A stretch of DNA of 64,000 nt from Camelus dromedarius. Taxonomy: Eukaryota. Positions within the stretch are counted from its first letter, which is position 1. Each line of letters begins with the position of its first letter. The notes under the pieces were generated by a model. The model was not told where the DNA came from, ran no database searches, and saw only the letters and a program-made list of their open reading frames with translations. The translations under genes were made by a program, and so were the position numbers. This document shows positions 38,501 through 53,348 of this stretch, piece by piece. The DNA lies in assembly GCF_036321535.1 (NCBI RefSeq), contig NC_087437.1, forward strand, positions 36,272,001 to 36,336,000, read 5' to 3'.

Positions 38501-39044
38501 AGAAAAATGACACAATACGAACTATAAGAACAAACCAGTGTTTTCTAGTTAAATAAATTCATCTGAATGCACTAATGCCTACCACTTTCTCAAAGTTTTC
38601 TATTTTATCAGATTTGTTTCAGTACTAGTCTTACACAGTTAAGATATTTTGTTACATATGTATAATCATCAGTGAAGAATTTGAAGAATGGAGATGTTCA
38701 AGGAATTGCCTTTAAAAATGTACCATCCATTGCTCCTCCATACATCTCTGATCTGTAGTCTGCCCCAGTTTTCTTTTTGTATGTGTTATAATTTTGGAAT
38801 TGCTATTTTCTCTCAAATTATTGGCTCTGAAGTATTTTTGAAAGAACAAGATTCTAGAGCACTTTCTGTCGGTAGGTTTTGGTTTCTAGACCATCTCTTA
38901 ATAGATTTTGAAAATAACTCCATGTAAGTTTATGGATATCTCTTGCATTCTTTTCTATAATTACGGTAGTATTTTGTTGTGTTGAGGTATTCTACTTTAC
39001 TTGACTAATCTCCAATGTAGGGACACTTAAGCTTTTTTTTTCAG

Positions 39045-42000
39045 TTTTTTTCTTTATAAACTTTTTTATTTTGTAATAGTAGATTTAGATTTAGAAAAAG
39101 ACTGTGAAGTGAGTACAGGGAGTTTCTACATAACATCCTCAAGTTTCACCTATTATTAACATCTTATATTAGTGTGGTACAATTGTTAGAACTGTTGAAC
39201 CATGCTGATACATTTTTGTTAACTAATGTCCTTTTTTTGTTCCAGGATACCATATTTAACATTTAGTAATCATACTTCCCGAGACTCCTCTTGGCTCTGA
39301 TGTTTCCACAAACATTCCTATTTTTGATTCTTGACAGTTTTGAGGATTGGTCTTGTATTTTGTAGAATGTTCCTCAAGTGGGATTGGTGTATTGTTTTTC
39401 TTGTGATTAAATGTGGGGATATGTGTTTTAGGAGGAAAACCACCGAGATAAAGTGTAATTTTCATCATATCATATCAAGGATATAGTCTATGAAAATAAC
39501 TGTTAACTGTTGATGTTAACATTCATCACCTGGTTGAGGTAGTGCTTGTCAGATTTTTCTACTGTAACATTGTTCTCCACCCCCACCTCCCTTTCCATAC
39601 AGCATTCTTTGGAAATAAGTCACTATGCATACCCACACTTGAATGGAAACTTTGCTCCATCTCCTTGACAGTGGAGTGCCCACATAAATTATTGGAATTC
39701 TTCAATCTAGAGATTTTTCTATTCTTCCTCATTTATTTAATTATTGGATCATTTATTTATATCAGTATGGGCTCATGAATATTTATTTTACCCTTTTGCT
39801 TATAAACCAGTGCTACTTTATTTCATTTCTCAATTGTCCTTGTTTTGGCCATAGGGAGCTCTTTCCGTTGGCTCCTGTGTCCCTTGACATATGCCCTATC
39901 AATGTGACTTATCATTTCCTAACTCTGGTGTTATGAGATGCTTCAGTTTCATCTTGTATATTTCTTGCCCTAGTCCTAGAATTAGACATTTTCCAAACAA
40001 TGTGCTTCCTTTCATTGGTATAGGGCATTAGAAGCATATATATGAGTGATACGTGATTTCATTGCTACTGGGATATGATTACTTCCAGGACCTTTCAGCT
40101 TATAGATCAAGGAAATATATATGTGCATACAACCCATGTATAGACACATATCTATAAAATACTCTATAGGTAAACGTATATATCTATATTAACCTAAACA
40201 TGAGTTCATACTAATGTCTCCAACTCCAGTCCATTGCTACATGGATCATCTTAGCGAATTCCTAATGTTTATATGTAACTTACCACTCCAATAGTAACAA
40301 CCTGATTCCTACAATCTGCCATCCATATATTAATTGTTCAATTGCATCATACATGTGTATATTATCAGAATATTAACCCATGCCACTGTAGGAAACAACC
40401 TCACAAAGCATAGTACTTAAGTATAATATTTATGAGTTTCTTTTACCTTCAGTATTACAGATTCTACTCATTTACAAAATTATTTAGGTCAGCACATTCT
40501 TCTCCCATCACCTTCTGTGTGGTTGTTTCATATCTTTGTGACACAGTTAGATGATTTTGTCATATTCAACATTCCATCATGGGATTCTCTAGCCTGCTAA
40601 ATGATATATTTTCAAATTGCATTCATTAAGGTTCATTGGTTGTGCTGTAAAATTTTATGGGTTTTGACAAATGCTTGTGTCATGTAGTCACTATTATAGT
40701 GTCAAATAATGTAGTTTCACTGCCCCAAAAATCTGTTCTTCACCTTTTTAACCACCACTTCCAAATAATGAAACTATACACTATGTAAACTTTTCAGACT
40801 ACTTTACTTGCTTAGCAACATGCATTTATGCATTCATCTTTTTTCCTATCCTGATAGCTCATTTTTCAAAGTTGAATAATTTTTCATTGTATGGTTGTAA
40901 CAGAGTTTTTCCCTTCATCTGTTAGGGACATCTTGTTTGCCTTCAGTTTTTGCAATTTAGGAAAAAGCTGTTATAAACATTTGCATATAGATTTTTGTAT
41001 GTACATAATTTTTCAAATCCATTGGGTAAATACTTAGAAGTAGAAAATGCCAAACACAGACTACGATAGCCAGTTCTTATGGTAAGACTATGTGTAGCTT
41101 TATAAGAAGCTTACAGACTGCCTTCCAAGGTTGTACTCCTTTGCATTCCCACAACAAAAGAAGGAACATTTCTATTGCTCCACGTTTCTTGCCAGCAATT
41201 GGTATTGTTGGAGTTTTGGGATTTTAGCTATGCTAAATAGGTGCTAATGGTATCTCAGTGATGTTTAATTTCAAATTTTCTAATGACAAGTTATGTTGAC
41301 TTTTTTTTCCCACATCCTATTTGCTCTGTTTATATTAATGGTGAAATATCTATTTAGGTCTTTTGCCCTTTTAAAATCAGGTTACATGTTTTCTTATTGT
41401 TGAATTTTAAAAATCCTTTATATAATTTGGATCTAAGTCCTTTATTAGATATGTGCTTTGCCAATATTTCCCCGTCTGTGTTCTATCTTTTCATTCTATT
41501 TACAGTGTCTTTTGCAGAGTAGATATTTTAAATTTTACATTTATTAAATTTATAACATCTTTTTTTTTCTTTTATGTATTATGCTTTTATCCTTACATTT
41601 AGAAACTAATCTCCAATCTCAAAAGTTCCATAACTTTTCTTGTTTTATTCTAGAAGATTTATGGTTTTGCATTTTACATTTAAGTCTATTATTTAGTTTT
41701 TGTGTGTGTGTGTGAATATTTTAAGTTCTATGTCTAGTTTCAGTTACTTACATATGGCTGTCCAATTTTCCCAAAACCATTTGTTGAAAGGAATATACTT
41801 TCTCCATTGACTTGCCTTTGCCCCACTGACTTACCTTTGGCTGTTTAAGAATTTAACTTAAATTTGTGTGAGAATTTCTGGGCACTCTAGTCTGTTCCAT
41901 TGATCTATGTGTTCATTTCATCACCATGATGTCTTGGTTATTGTAGCTTTGTATTAAGTCTTGAAATCAGGTAGTGTAAGTCTTTAACTTTGTTCTTCTT

Positions 42001-42610
42001 CTTTACTATTGTTTTGGCTATTCCATATATTTGCCACTCCATAGAAATTTTAGACTCAGTTTATTAATATCTATAAAATACCTTGCTAAAATTTTGATAA
42101 AGTTTGCATTGAGTCTATATGTCAAGTTGGGGAGAATTGACATCTTAAAAATATTAAGTCTTCCAATCAATAAACAAAAAATGTCGTCTTTTTTTAAATT
42201 TCAGAAATACTGTGTAGTTTTTCATATATAGATCCTGTACATATTTTGCTGGATTTGTGCTTACTTTTTGATATTACAATAAACTGTATTTTCATTTAAT
42301 TTTATATTGCAATTTTTCATTGCTGCTATATAGGAAAATAATTGACTTTGTGTATTAACTTCGTATCCTGTAACCCTGCTATATACTTGCTTCAGGAATG
42401 ATATAATTATTCCAGGAATATTTGTGTGCACTTTTTGCATAGATAATCATTGCAGAAGTGCAAATAAACACAGTGTTATTTCTTCTTTTCTAATCTGTAT
42501 ATATATATATATTTTCTTTTCTCTTCCTTTTCTTATTGCAGTAGCTGGGACTTTCCATAAAAGTTGAATCATAGTGGTGAGAGAAGAGGTCCTTGCCTGT
42601 TCCCATGCTT
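39045..42610 (-). mobile_element. Old LINE-1 (L1MC-type) 3'UTR plus ORF2 3' portion
   Basis: L1MC-like antisense 3' end at 39050-39250; antisense ORF2 text ctgttccattgatctatgtg, gcattgagtctatatgtcaagttggggagaattgacatctt. Confidence 0.82.
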
Positions 42611-43959
42611 CTAATACTTTCCTATTAAAAATAGTCTTATTGAAAAACGCTTTGCATTTGTATATGAATGTATGACATTTTGAATAATCGATATAAAATA
42701 CATGCATATATTTTGACATTTTTAAAGGTAAACAATATGTTTCTGAAAAAGGATTACTGAGCCAAAGGGTAAATGAGTGTGTAGCATTATTATATACTGA
42801 CAATTCATGAACAACTCATAAAGAAAGATAAATAAATGGTGTATAAACATAAGAAAAGAGGCTAAATGCAGTTTGTAATATAAATAATGCAAACTAAAAC
42901 TAAGACATAACTTTCTTATCTATCAAATTGGAGAAAACAAGCAAAAAACAAACAAACAAACAAACAAAACCCAGTTGGAAAAGCTTTGAGGAAACTGACA
43001 CCCTCTGACATTTCAGCTAGGATTTAAAATAGTCCAAACCCTATAGAAGTGAATTTGACGTTAATTAGTAAGTATCTTAGGTTTTAAATCCTCTCAATTT
43101 TATTTCCTTGTCATTACATGATAGTTCCTCCTAACCTTATCCTTGACTAGTTATTTTAGTAATTAGTCATTAAACCACTAACATAAAATGCAGGACAGTG
43201 CTATGAACCCTTTTATATAGAAATCTGTTTTAATATATGGCAACTTTTGAATTGTATGAGACATCCTGAACCTAATCTATAGTCTCACTTAGATTGAGTT
43301 ATTTTATAATTAAAATGTTATTATTTGTGAACAATTTCCTTATCTATCCTTATCTGATGGAGCTAGGATGGACATTTTCATGTAATGACTAAAATCTCAG
43401 AACTTTCAGTGGTAAATAAACTGACTCTAGGCAGTTTTAATTTACTTGGTGAATGTAACTAGTCATTTATAGCCTCTGAGTTAGGGAAGTTTGTTCTGAG
43501 AAATAAATACTTAACAGTTCTGCAGTAAAGGTGGGTGAGCATCATGCTTAGTGTTTGGACAAGGTGGTTTGATCATGTGATGTGCCCAAGGTCTACAAGA
43601 CCTAGATAAATGAGGCACATAGACATGATGGACAGAGGGGTTGCATTGTTCGGGTGACCCAGTTTACCCATGGTTATTTGTATGGGACCGCAGAACTCTT
43701 TACTCTCCCTTGGAAACCTGTTTCCAGTGTTAACTTCTATTACTTTGTCATCAGGCCAGCTAGGCTTTCCTCTGGCTTTCTCCTACGTCATGTCTTTCAT
43801 TATCAGTGTTTAAGTTGAGCTCTCTTTCCAAACTAAGAGGAACAATGGTACACATTTATATCAGTTTAGGAAGAGTTTGACTTCTACTATACTAAAATTC
43901 AGCATAATGTGATCGTAAAAATGTAAGTATTGCAATTACAATTGAACAGTTTTTTGTCA

Positions 43960-44172
43960 CCATCTAGCTGCATAATTTTAGAAAATGTGTTAATCATTTC
44001 TGAGTCATTCCCACTGGAAAAGAAGGAATCATAATTCATTCCTTTAACTCATCAAACTAGTATTTACTGAACAAATAAGGAAAAAATAACTGCCAGGATA
44101 GTTTGGAAAATTAAACAATGTGAAAGTACATAAAACACTTTCTGGAATATAGTAGGTGCTCAATAAATGGTC
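43960..44172 (+). mobile_element. MIR SINE
   Basis: ctagctgcataatttt...ttaatcatttctgagtc... ends atagtaggtgctcaataaatggt. Confidence 0.6.
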
Positions 44173-44409
44173 ATCTCGTCCTGATCAATTTTTTTTAACT
44201 GTATCTCATTTAAAATTGTTCTTTGGTCATTTAACTTTGCTCCTCTGCATTCTTTGGCTATAATAAAATTTTTGCACAAAACTATTACTTATATCAAAGT
44301 TGTGTGACTTGTGGTAATTCTTAAATATTGATATTACTGTATTTGAGAATCACAGATAAATAAATCATACAATCATGCAAATTTAGACTCATTGTCCTTT
44401 AGTGTGGAA

Positions 44410-44466
44410 GTTTCAAATGAAGTACAATACTATGTTTCAAATGAAGTACAATACTGTATTTCAAAT
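44410..44466 (+). repeat. 24-bp tandem repeat (~2.4 copies)
   Basis: gtttcaaatgaagtacaatactat / gtttcaaatgaagtacaatactgt / atttcaaat. Confidence 0.92.
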
Positions 44467-46469
44467 TTTGTTTTGATTTTCTCACTATTAAGTGATTATT
44501 TTTCATTTTTTAAGTTTTCACGCTGGATACAGAGTACTAATTTCAATTTCAATTTTATGATTTCTACAGTGTGTGTGGTTGTATTATATATGTTTATCAT
44601 GCAAATATACTCAAAGCAAATGGACTTTTTAAAAAGTAATGGGTAAATAAAGAGTTATAATAGATAGAAATATAAATATATGCAACGAGTTACTTTTTGC
44701 ACTATTAATTAACTTAAAACTTTTTAAATACTAAAATTTTAACTGCATTCATATGAATGTATTAACTTTCAGGAGTATATACAGCTGCTTAATTTGTACT
44801 TAGCAAAACATAAATATCAAATTAGATTTCGATTAATTGATTAAAATATCTTATATTTGAGTAGCTATTTTAAATCTTACATTCAATAAACATTTATCAG
44901 AAAGTAGAGCAAGTTTTGATTTGTGTTTCTCCACCTATTTTCAGTCTTAAATTTTATTTACCATTTATTAGACTCCTAATACGTGTCAAGCCCCATGTGT
45001 TGTTCTCATTCTCTCCTAAGAAACATTTCTCTAACCTTAACTCCTACCAATTATGATCAATTCTGTTGCTAAATGTTTATTTTTTCCTCAAACCAGCTTG
45101 AAAGAGGTGGTCCCAGGAATGTTTCATGTAAATAAAGTGACAAAATTCTCTAGCATCTTTAACCTTTAATTCTTCTTAGACCCTGATTAATATCTACTTG
45201 ATTCCAATTTATCTTAACTTTATTTCATCATCTATCTCAATATTAAATTAAATCATTCCAATGGGACATCATTTATGATTATATTGGTTTTAATTATTAA
45301 TAATTAATCACTCATAGACATCCTTTCATGGCAATGATTTATCAGTGATTCATTCTTGGTTTTTTTTAATGACAATATATGCAGTAATATTCTTTGGGTA
45401 GATATATGAATTATATAAAATTTAGGAAGCTCCTCAATTTGGTTTAAGATTTATTATTCTTTCATTAATGTGTCTTATATGTTTTAAATAAGATCTACAG
45501 ATTCAATTAAAACTAATATAATTCAAAGTTAAACAACGTTAAACATTTGTCAAGTGTTGTTGGATCTAAAAATGAGACTAAGCAAACATTATTGCTCAGA
45601 TTAATACATAAGCAATTTGGGTTACTTATTTAAACAATGATATCCTTTTATAACATTAATGAAAATAGAATGGTAATAACTCATCACTTAACCATTCTCT
45701 TCCCAAGAATCCCACACTCTAGTATATTTATACATCATTTAAATTATTTATTCATTCAGCTCTCTTGTTCACTGTGAAAATGCAATCCATAAGAGGTAAA
45801 GGTTAAGCTGTATAAAGTGATTTAAGTTTAAGATGAATTTCATAATATACCATGGAGATAGCTCATAGAGTATACAAGAAAATTCATTTCTATGATGCAG
45901 TCTTTTTTTTTTTTTTAATCACAGATTTTAAAACTCTGGTTTATGCTATGGTTATACTTAATATTACATTATATCAATTAATATTTTTTTCTTTCTCCCT
46001 ACTGTCAAATTTCCCAACTGTAAATTCACACTCACAAGAGTGCATCTGTGCAACAGAAATTGCATTCTTCTACACAAACAATTGTATGTTCATTCCTCTG
46101 GAACCAGTTAAAGCTGGTTTCGAGTACCAAAATCATTCCCTACTCTCCTACTGGAAAATAAAAATCATTTAAAATACTTTTCAAACATTGTTGGGACTGT
46201 TTTACCATGATCCAATTTAATACTGAAATATACAAGAGGAATATGAATTATGACTAGAATCAAGATATATTTCTGTTACAAAACATTTACAGAATGCATC
46301 ACACAATCATATTTAGAGCAGATGAGAGATGGATTATTTTAAATAAATTGTCATATCTTTTCTATATTTGACAGCTTCTCCCCACTCTTACAAACTCTGA
46401 ATCATACTATTTTACCTAACCTTCCTTAGTTTCCTGCAATTTTATTAAGCCAATCATTTCATCTACTTT

Positions 46470-46574
46470 CTTTTCTTTCTTTCTTTTGTTTTTTTTCAGT
46501 GGAGGTGCTGTGGATTGAACCCAGGACCTCATGCATGCTGAGCACATGCTCTACCACTGAGCCATACAACCCCT
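46470..46574 (-). mobile_element. tRNA-Ala-derived SINE (Vic-1-like, short unit)
   Basis: Minus strand ggggttgtatggctcagtggtagagcatgtgctcagcatgcatgaggtcctgggttcaatccacagcacctcc + A-rich tail; A and B boxes visible. Confidence 0.88.
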
Positions 46575-46578
46575 CACA

Positions 46579-46714
46579 ATTTTATTATTATTTTTTTGGT
46601 GGGGGGATATAACTAGGTTTATTTATTTATTTTTAGAGGAGGTACTGGGGATTGAACCCAGAACCTCATGTATATTAAGCATGCTGTCTACCACTTGAGT
46701 TCTAACCTCCCCCC
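46579..46714 (-). mobile_element. tRNA-Ala-derived SINE (Vic-1-like, long unit)
   Basis: Minus strand ggggaggttagaactcaagtggtagacagcatgcttaa...ggttcaatccccagtacctcc + aaataaataaacctagttatatcccccc + A tail. Confidence 0.88.
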
Positions 46715-49700
46715 TCATCTACTTTAGAGAGAATAATATATTGTTCTCACTTGCCACAAGATATAGAATCTCTTACAAAGTGAGAGTAAATTCATAGGAA
46801 AATGATTACATGTCCAATGTAAATACAAATAAATCTGTTTTAGCTTTTTCTTGTTTTTGCTATTACCATATTTTGCAAAATGACATAAACATGTAAATAT
46901 AAGACATTTATAGTCTCATGTGTATTCCTTTAATTTAGTAAAAATATTAAAGAATGAAAAAATAGGAAAAGGATTGAAATAAGTGTGATAGAGAAAGGAC
47001 TATTTTCCTTAATACATGAGTTCTTGAAAATATACCGCTAATCACTTTCTTCCCATTAGAAAAACAAACAAGTATAATGGAAAGATTATTGGTGGGAAAA
47101 GAAAGACAAATAGCAAACACAGCAAAATATGCTCATACTCATTAGGGAACAGTCAAGAATAGAGATTTCATGTAATTTTCATCAACCAAATTGATGAAAT
47201 TTTGTTTATTATTCATACTTAAGGCTAGCTGAACTGTGTAGAGATGGAAATTTTCATAGAATGGTGGAAAGATTTCTGGCAGTAAATATATTTGTGTTTT
47301 TTGATTCAGAGCAAAGTATCCTAATGAGGCCAAGAAGTACTGATAAATAAAGATGTCCTTCATATTATTTTTCATAATAGTAAAATATTGAGAGCATTAC
47401 ACATATCTAATCATAGGAGTTTTGCTTAATAAGCTTTGGTGCAATTTTGTGATGCATATCACATTGCCACTAAAAAGTAAATATTCAAACATTTTAGTGG
47501 TATAAATATGCTAATATTATAAAAGTTAAAAGGAAGATCATGGAACTGTAAGCCCAATGTTACCCTAATTTTTTAATTTTTTAAGATATATTCAAATAAA
47601 ATATTAGGAAGAGAATTCACCAAAAGTTTAACACAGGCTATCTCCTTGGTATATCTGCATGTTTTTAATTTACATATTTATTTGTTAATATTTTCAACAA
47701 TGAGATAATATTATTTAAAAATTTAAACATACAAATACTACTGAAATATTAAGAACAAACTATTTTTAGTACATAACTGAACAATTTATATCATTTTTCT
47801 ACATTTTGAATGGAATTTTTTCAATGTATACTTTTGAGTCAGCATTAAAATTTAAGAATTTACCTTTGAAAGAATTTATCTTTGAAAATTATAGATTATT
47901 TTATATATACACAGTTTTCAGGACATGAATGGATTCAATTTGCATTTCTCTAGACATTGATAAAAATGTTTCATAGATTTTTAACCATTTGATTCTCTGA
48001 AATACTATATATGTATATATTTCAATCTTTTGTCTAAAATAACTTTATTCTTACTATGAATAATTGCCTAATTTGATGTTGTTAAATAGGAGCCTTTATT
48101 TGGGTAGGACCATTCTGCAGAAGTGAGGAGATAAATACATACACACATATATATATACACACACGTTTAGAATTAATTGTATTTTATATATGAACTCTCT
48201 ATCAAACACAAAATCTTTATTTCCAGGTTACTTTTAGAAAATCAGAAGATATGGCATAACACATCTTCATGTTTTTTGCAGGGTACCATTGGTTGATGAC
48301 AGTTGCTTTATTTTTTACCACCAATCCCACCAAGTCCAACTTTGTCAGTTAGGTTGTCTACTTGAACCATGTCTGTGTTTCAACTTAAAATCTGTATTTA
48401 TCAAAATATCATGCAATAGTAATTTGCACTAACAAGACTGAGTTTTACATTGTCAGGTTTATGATGTTGTGAGACTTCTAATTCTTAAAATACTGTATGT
48501 GTGTGTGTGTTTCTTGAGGCAGAAGTGATTTAGTATTTATTCTTATTTGTGTTCAAGCTGATCAGCTAGACAGTAAAATAAAGGACAATGAAGTAAATGT
48601 TTAATTTAAAAATAAAAGATATGTTAAAGAGAAATTCTGTGGTTTATTATGGTATTAAAGTTGGAGCTTACAATTAAACATTAAAACGTTTCTTCATAGA
48701 ACATGTATAAATGCACTATAGCAGATTTTGTTTGCTCTGCCACATTTACCCGTCACAGTTCATACACTTATACTCCAAGTAAAAGAATTGGTAATAATGA
48801 TTCAAATGCATTCCTGATATACATTCTTACATGCGAAACTGAATGATTTATAACTTACAGTACTTCTTTTATTTGATGTACATACTAAAAGTGATTTTCC
48901 AAGGAATGTATAAGGTAACTCGGGTCACAACACATTCAGGGACTTACAAGAGTATTTCAACTTGCAGCAGGCTGATCTCCTTTGCCCTAGTATTTATTTC
49001 TCTCTTTCCATGTCTCACTGCATGAATTCTCCCCTGATGGACAGCATGCATATGCAACCCAGGGTGTAGAAGCTTAAGACAAGCTGAAGCCATTCATCTT
49101 CTCTGAATGCTGCATGCCTATGTGCACAGAGCTTTTGTGTTCAACGGAGAACAATACTGGAAAGATTGGTTGAGAGCACATTTGTGTGGTTGTCAGACTG
49201 TATATGGAGTTCTTCATATGCAATACTTTATGTTGTGTTCTGCCACTGGGTTAAATAAAATCAACAAAGAGTTAGTAACTGGACTGCATTTTATTGCTCC
49301 ACCACTCCTGCAAAATTGCTTTTGTGAAACTCCTTATTAGTTTATACAGGAGAAAACGCTAAGACAGGAGACTAGGAAGCAAAGCCCCATTTCAGCTATG
49401 AAAAGACAATACTATCAAGGACTTTATTATAGCAAATATTATCCTGAGAGGATAACTGTTGCTCTTCCTGGAATATATTTAATCTTGTGATCACTGTGAA
49501 ATGTGTAAATGGGTAGAATACGTTTCTTACAAGAGCTTCTAACAAACGTCAAGTCAAAATTGTGGTCCATGGAAGTGTGAAGGTAAATATTATAGATATG
49601 TCCCGTTTATTATTGACTGATTTCTGTACTCATCCTAGCTTTTCTTTCTATTCTTCCTTATTTTTCCCTATCTTTTGAGATACAAACACAGACATAGATA

Positions 49701-49834
49701 TAGAGTCTTGTATCTGTATAAGCCACAAAACAGTCTTTTTGGAATGATGTGTGTTATAAATAAAAATACATATACAGAATGTGAAACTTCCCAAGATCAT
49801 ACGAGATTATAACTGTGTGGTGTGTGTGTGTGTG

Positions 49835-50642
49835 CTTAAATTAATAAACTTTATTTTTTAGAGAGGTTTTAGGTTCATAGCAAAATAGGGGAACATATAG
49901 AAAGTTCCCATATACTTCCTATCCACATCCCTGCCTCACACACAGCTTCATTACCAGGCTGTCCAGCACCACCGTAGAACATTTGTTACATTTGATAAAC
50001 CTATATGATACATCATGACCCAATGTTCATAGTTTCCATTGGAATTTACTCTTGGTGTTGTACATTCTATAAGTTGTAATGATATGCACCCTTCATTGCA
50101 GTAATCATACGGAATAGTTTCACTACTCTAAAATACTCTGTGCTCTGCCTATTCATCCCTCTCTTCTAACCCCTGGCAATCACTGAATTCTTTACTCTGT
50201 CTATAGTTTTGCCTTTTCCAAAATGTCGTATAGCTGGAGTCATACATATGTACTCTTTTCAGATTTGCTTCTTTTACTTGGTTATATGCATATAAGTTTC
50301 TTCCATGTCATGTCATGACTTGATAGCTCATTTCTTTATGGTACTGAAAAATATTCCAGTGTTTGGTTGTATCACAGTTTATCCATTCACCTATTGAAGG
50401 GAATCTTGATTGCCTCCAAGTCTGAACAACTATGAGTAAAGCTACTATAAATATTCGTTTGCTTGCTTTTGTGTGGACATAAATTTTTATACTCTTTTGA
50501 GTAAATAAACAAGGAGCATGATTACTGTATCATATAGTAAGAGCATGTTTATAGTTTTGTAATAAACCTCCAAACTATCTTCCAAAGTGGCTATAACATT
50601 TTGCATTCCCACCAGCAGTGAATGAGAGTTCCTGTTGCTCCA
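49835..50642 (-). mobile_element. LINE-1 3' end (L1MC1/2-like)
   Basis: aaactttattttttagagaggttttaggttcatagcaaaat...ttgcattcccaccagcagtgaatgagagttcctgttgctcca. Confidence 0.85.
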
Positions 50643-53333
50643 ATTTGTCCTCAACTGAAACTGTCACTCATCACCACCCTCCACTACCATAAAGCTTCGC
50701 CTGCTAATCACTTGTTACATCTCAGAATGACACTCTTGTTTCCACTTGCTCAAGCCAGAAAGCATGATTCTCTCTTAATTCTATCTTTTCCCTTAATAGC
50801 CTCATTTTCAATTAATCATTGACTACTGATAAGTTAAACTCTGAAATATTTATTGAACCTATAATCTTCTCTCTAATATGATTATTTTCCCTCTGAATCA
50901 AGCAGCATTCTTGTTTATCCTCCTGCCTCCAACCTTGTCTCCCCTCCATATATTACCCACACTGAAAAGTAGAATTTTTAAATGCAAATTACATTTTCAT
51001 TGCTTTCTGGATGAAACCCATTATGTTTGCATAACCAATAGGTTCTCTTATATTCTCTCACATTCCCTCACTTTCAAAATATTGAAATTATCTTCTAAAT
51101 GGTATCCCTTTTCCATGAAGTCATCTGGCATTTGCCAAAAAAAAATCCTAATAAAACCTTACATTATTGAGTTATACTGCAGTTGCCTGCATTGAAATTC
51201 ACACTCCTGGTCTTCAAATCTTCCACAGCCTGAGACTGTGGTCAGTTCATGAATCCCTTCTTTTCTCTTGCTACTACTATTATAAGTGATATTTTGTGTT
51301 AGTTCTACATGAGTATTCAGTACTCTCCAAATTCTTCCATGCATAGCTCCTCTCTCCTTCACTTCTCTAAGACTTGTAACTGTGCCTAGAATTTGTTCCA
51401 CATCTACTTCTATTCATAGATCATGAAACACTGCTATCCCCAAAACTCCCTGCCATAAGATAATGCAGGTTTTTATTCTTCATCTAAGAGTTTATAAAAG
51501 TAAATGAAAAATAACTCAATTCTTGTCCCTGAATTGAATGCACACACCTATGCATTCAGAACGGCAGACGGCAAGCTTTTGGTAAGTGTGCATATTTCTG
51601 CAAGCTCTGGCCGTAAAACACTGTAACAGCCCTTTTGAACACCATACGTCTATTTTCTTTATAATATCTTCTAAGTCTTCTCCAGTGACAGCCTCTTCCC
51701 ATTCTTTAAACCAATGAAATATATACCTTTACTATTCATTGCCAATGTACTACATTTTCATATCAATTATACTGGATTTTAACATAACTTGTATTTTTCA
51801 CCTGATTCTTTCTCTTTCAAAACTAACAACTTGAAATAAACATGTCCTTCCAGCATCTGGGAGATTATAAACCACAATATCTTTTTAAAGGAGGAATTTC
51901 TCTGAAATCTCATGGTTTATTTAAAATGTGATACAATTTTGTGTCCTATTCTGAATCAAGATGATATTGTTATTGCACCAAAGATGTAAATCACTTACTC
52001 TTAGCTAAAGCAAGCAGGCAACCAAAAATATTCTTAACTTTTCTACCTATATTTTTGATCAATAGTTGATGTGGTTTCACTGAACTTTTATTTCTTCCAG
52101 ATTTTTCCTCTCTTCTGTTTTATTGCCAAAATATTACACCATAACTTTACTAAACATGAATATACAAATTGAAACAATTTAAATATTATGGAAAATAATA
52201 TTCTATGTGTTTATTTCTTGGTATTTGTCATATAAAAATCACAAGATTTATGGTCAATGGAGTACACAGTGATCAAACTCATGTAAAAATAAACATCTAA
52301 ATATATTCTGTGCTTTTCACAATAAATAATATTTACTACAGATTTACTTATTGTAATTGTGATGGTTATATTATCCTTACCAAAAGGCTTATTGTTGTGA
52401 TCTTGTGATACGATACTGTGTTCCACATGTATTAATGATTTCAAATTTAATCTTAATCATTAGAATAAATAATTCATTGATATCAATCTTTGATATTATA
52501 AACTTTTTATTTTAATCACTAATTTATGTTCCTACTAAAGCATAATTGAAACATTGTTGTATCTTGAATAATTATTTTGATAAGTTTATCAAAGCAATCA
52601 CAAAGGCAAAAAAAATACTCTTCCTGGTGATTATTTTTTCCTGTGATGGGAGGTAAAACTTAACATTAATTGGAGAGTAAAAATTATCCACAGGATGTAT
52701 ATATAATAATATTCCTTCAAAAAATAATACACTCATTTTTTACAGCTAGCTTTTTTAAAGTCCCTAGTGTCTGATCAAGAAATCTTTGATCATCACATTT
52801 GTTAGACCAACACTAGTTAGTCAGACAAACAACATTTGATCAAGTATTTGCTCTCCCTGGAGAAACTTACTGAATGTGGCCATGATTGTAGCATGGATAA
52901 CACTGATAATAGCAACAGTAAAACAACAACAATTGAAAAAGAAAAAGGTAATTCTCCAGGAAGATCCAATAAATTTCCTTTTTTCCCAACTCTTTGGGGA
53001 TTCTCATGTTTCAGGTAAGAACCTTAATATCTGAAACTATATTTTTATTTCTCTTTGTATTACCTTAATGATGGCATCCTACTGTATAAGATGAATTTCC
53101 CATGTTGTATTTTTCCTGTAGGCTTTTGTGTAGTTGGGGAAAATACTTTATTATTCAGGAAATTTATCACTTAGTGATAAATGAGTTGACACACATTTCC
53201 TGGCTTGATATAAGAATTAAGATGAAACACAATTAATTTCATCAAAATGAAGTTTCAGATTATTCAGGGTTTTGAATGTTGTATACAACCTTCACATTTT
53301 GACTTAACCATTTGAACTTTCTGCTTGTCTACT

Positions 53334-53348
53334 CCAGCAGGTGGCAGT
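53334..53348 (+). promoter_or_regulatory. Candidate CTCF core motif
   Basis: ccagcaggtggcagt fits CCASYAGRKGGCRS; motif match only. Confidence 0.4.

Noticed and set aside
46490..46714. tRNA-Ala genes
   Set aside because: Disrupted stems, A-rich tails and a TSD identify them as SINEs
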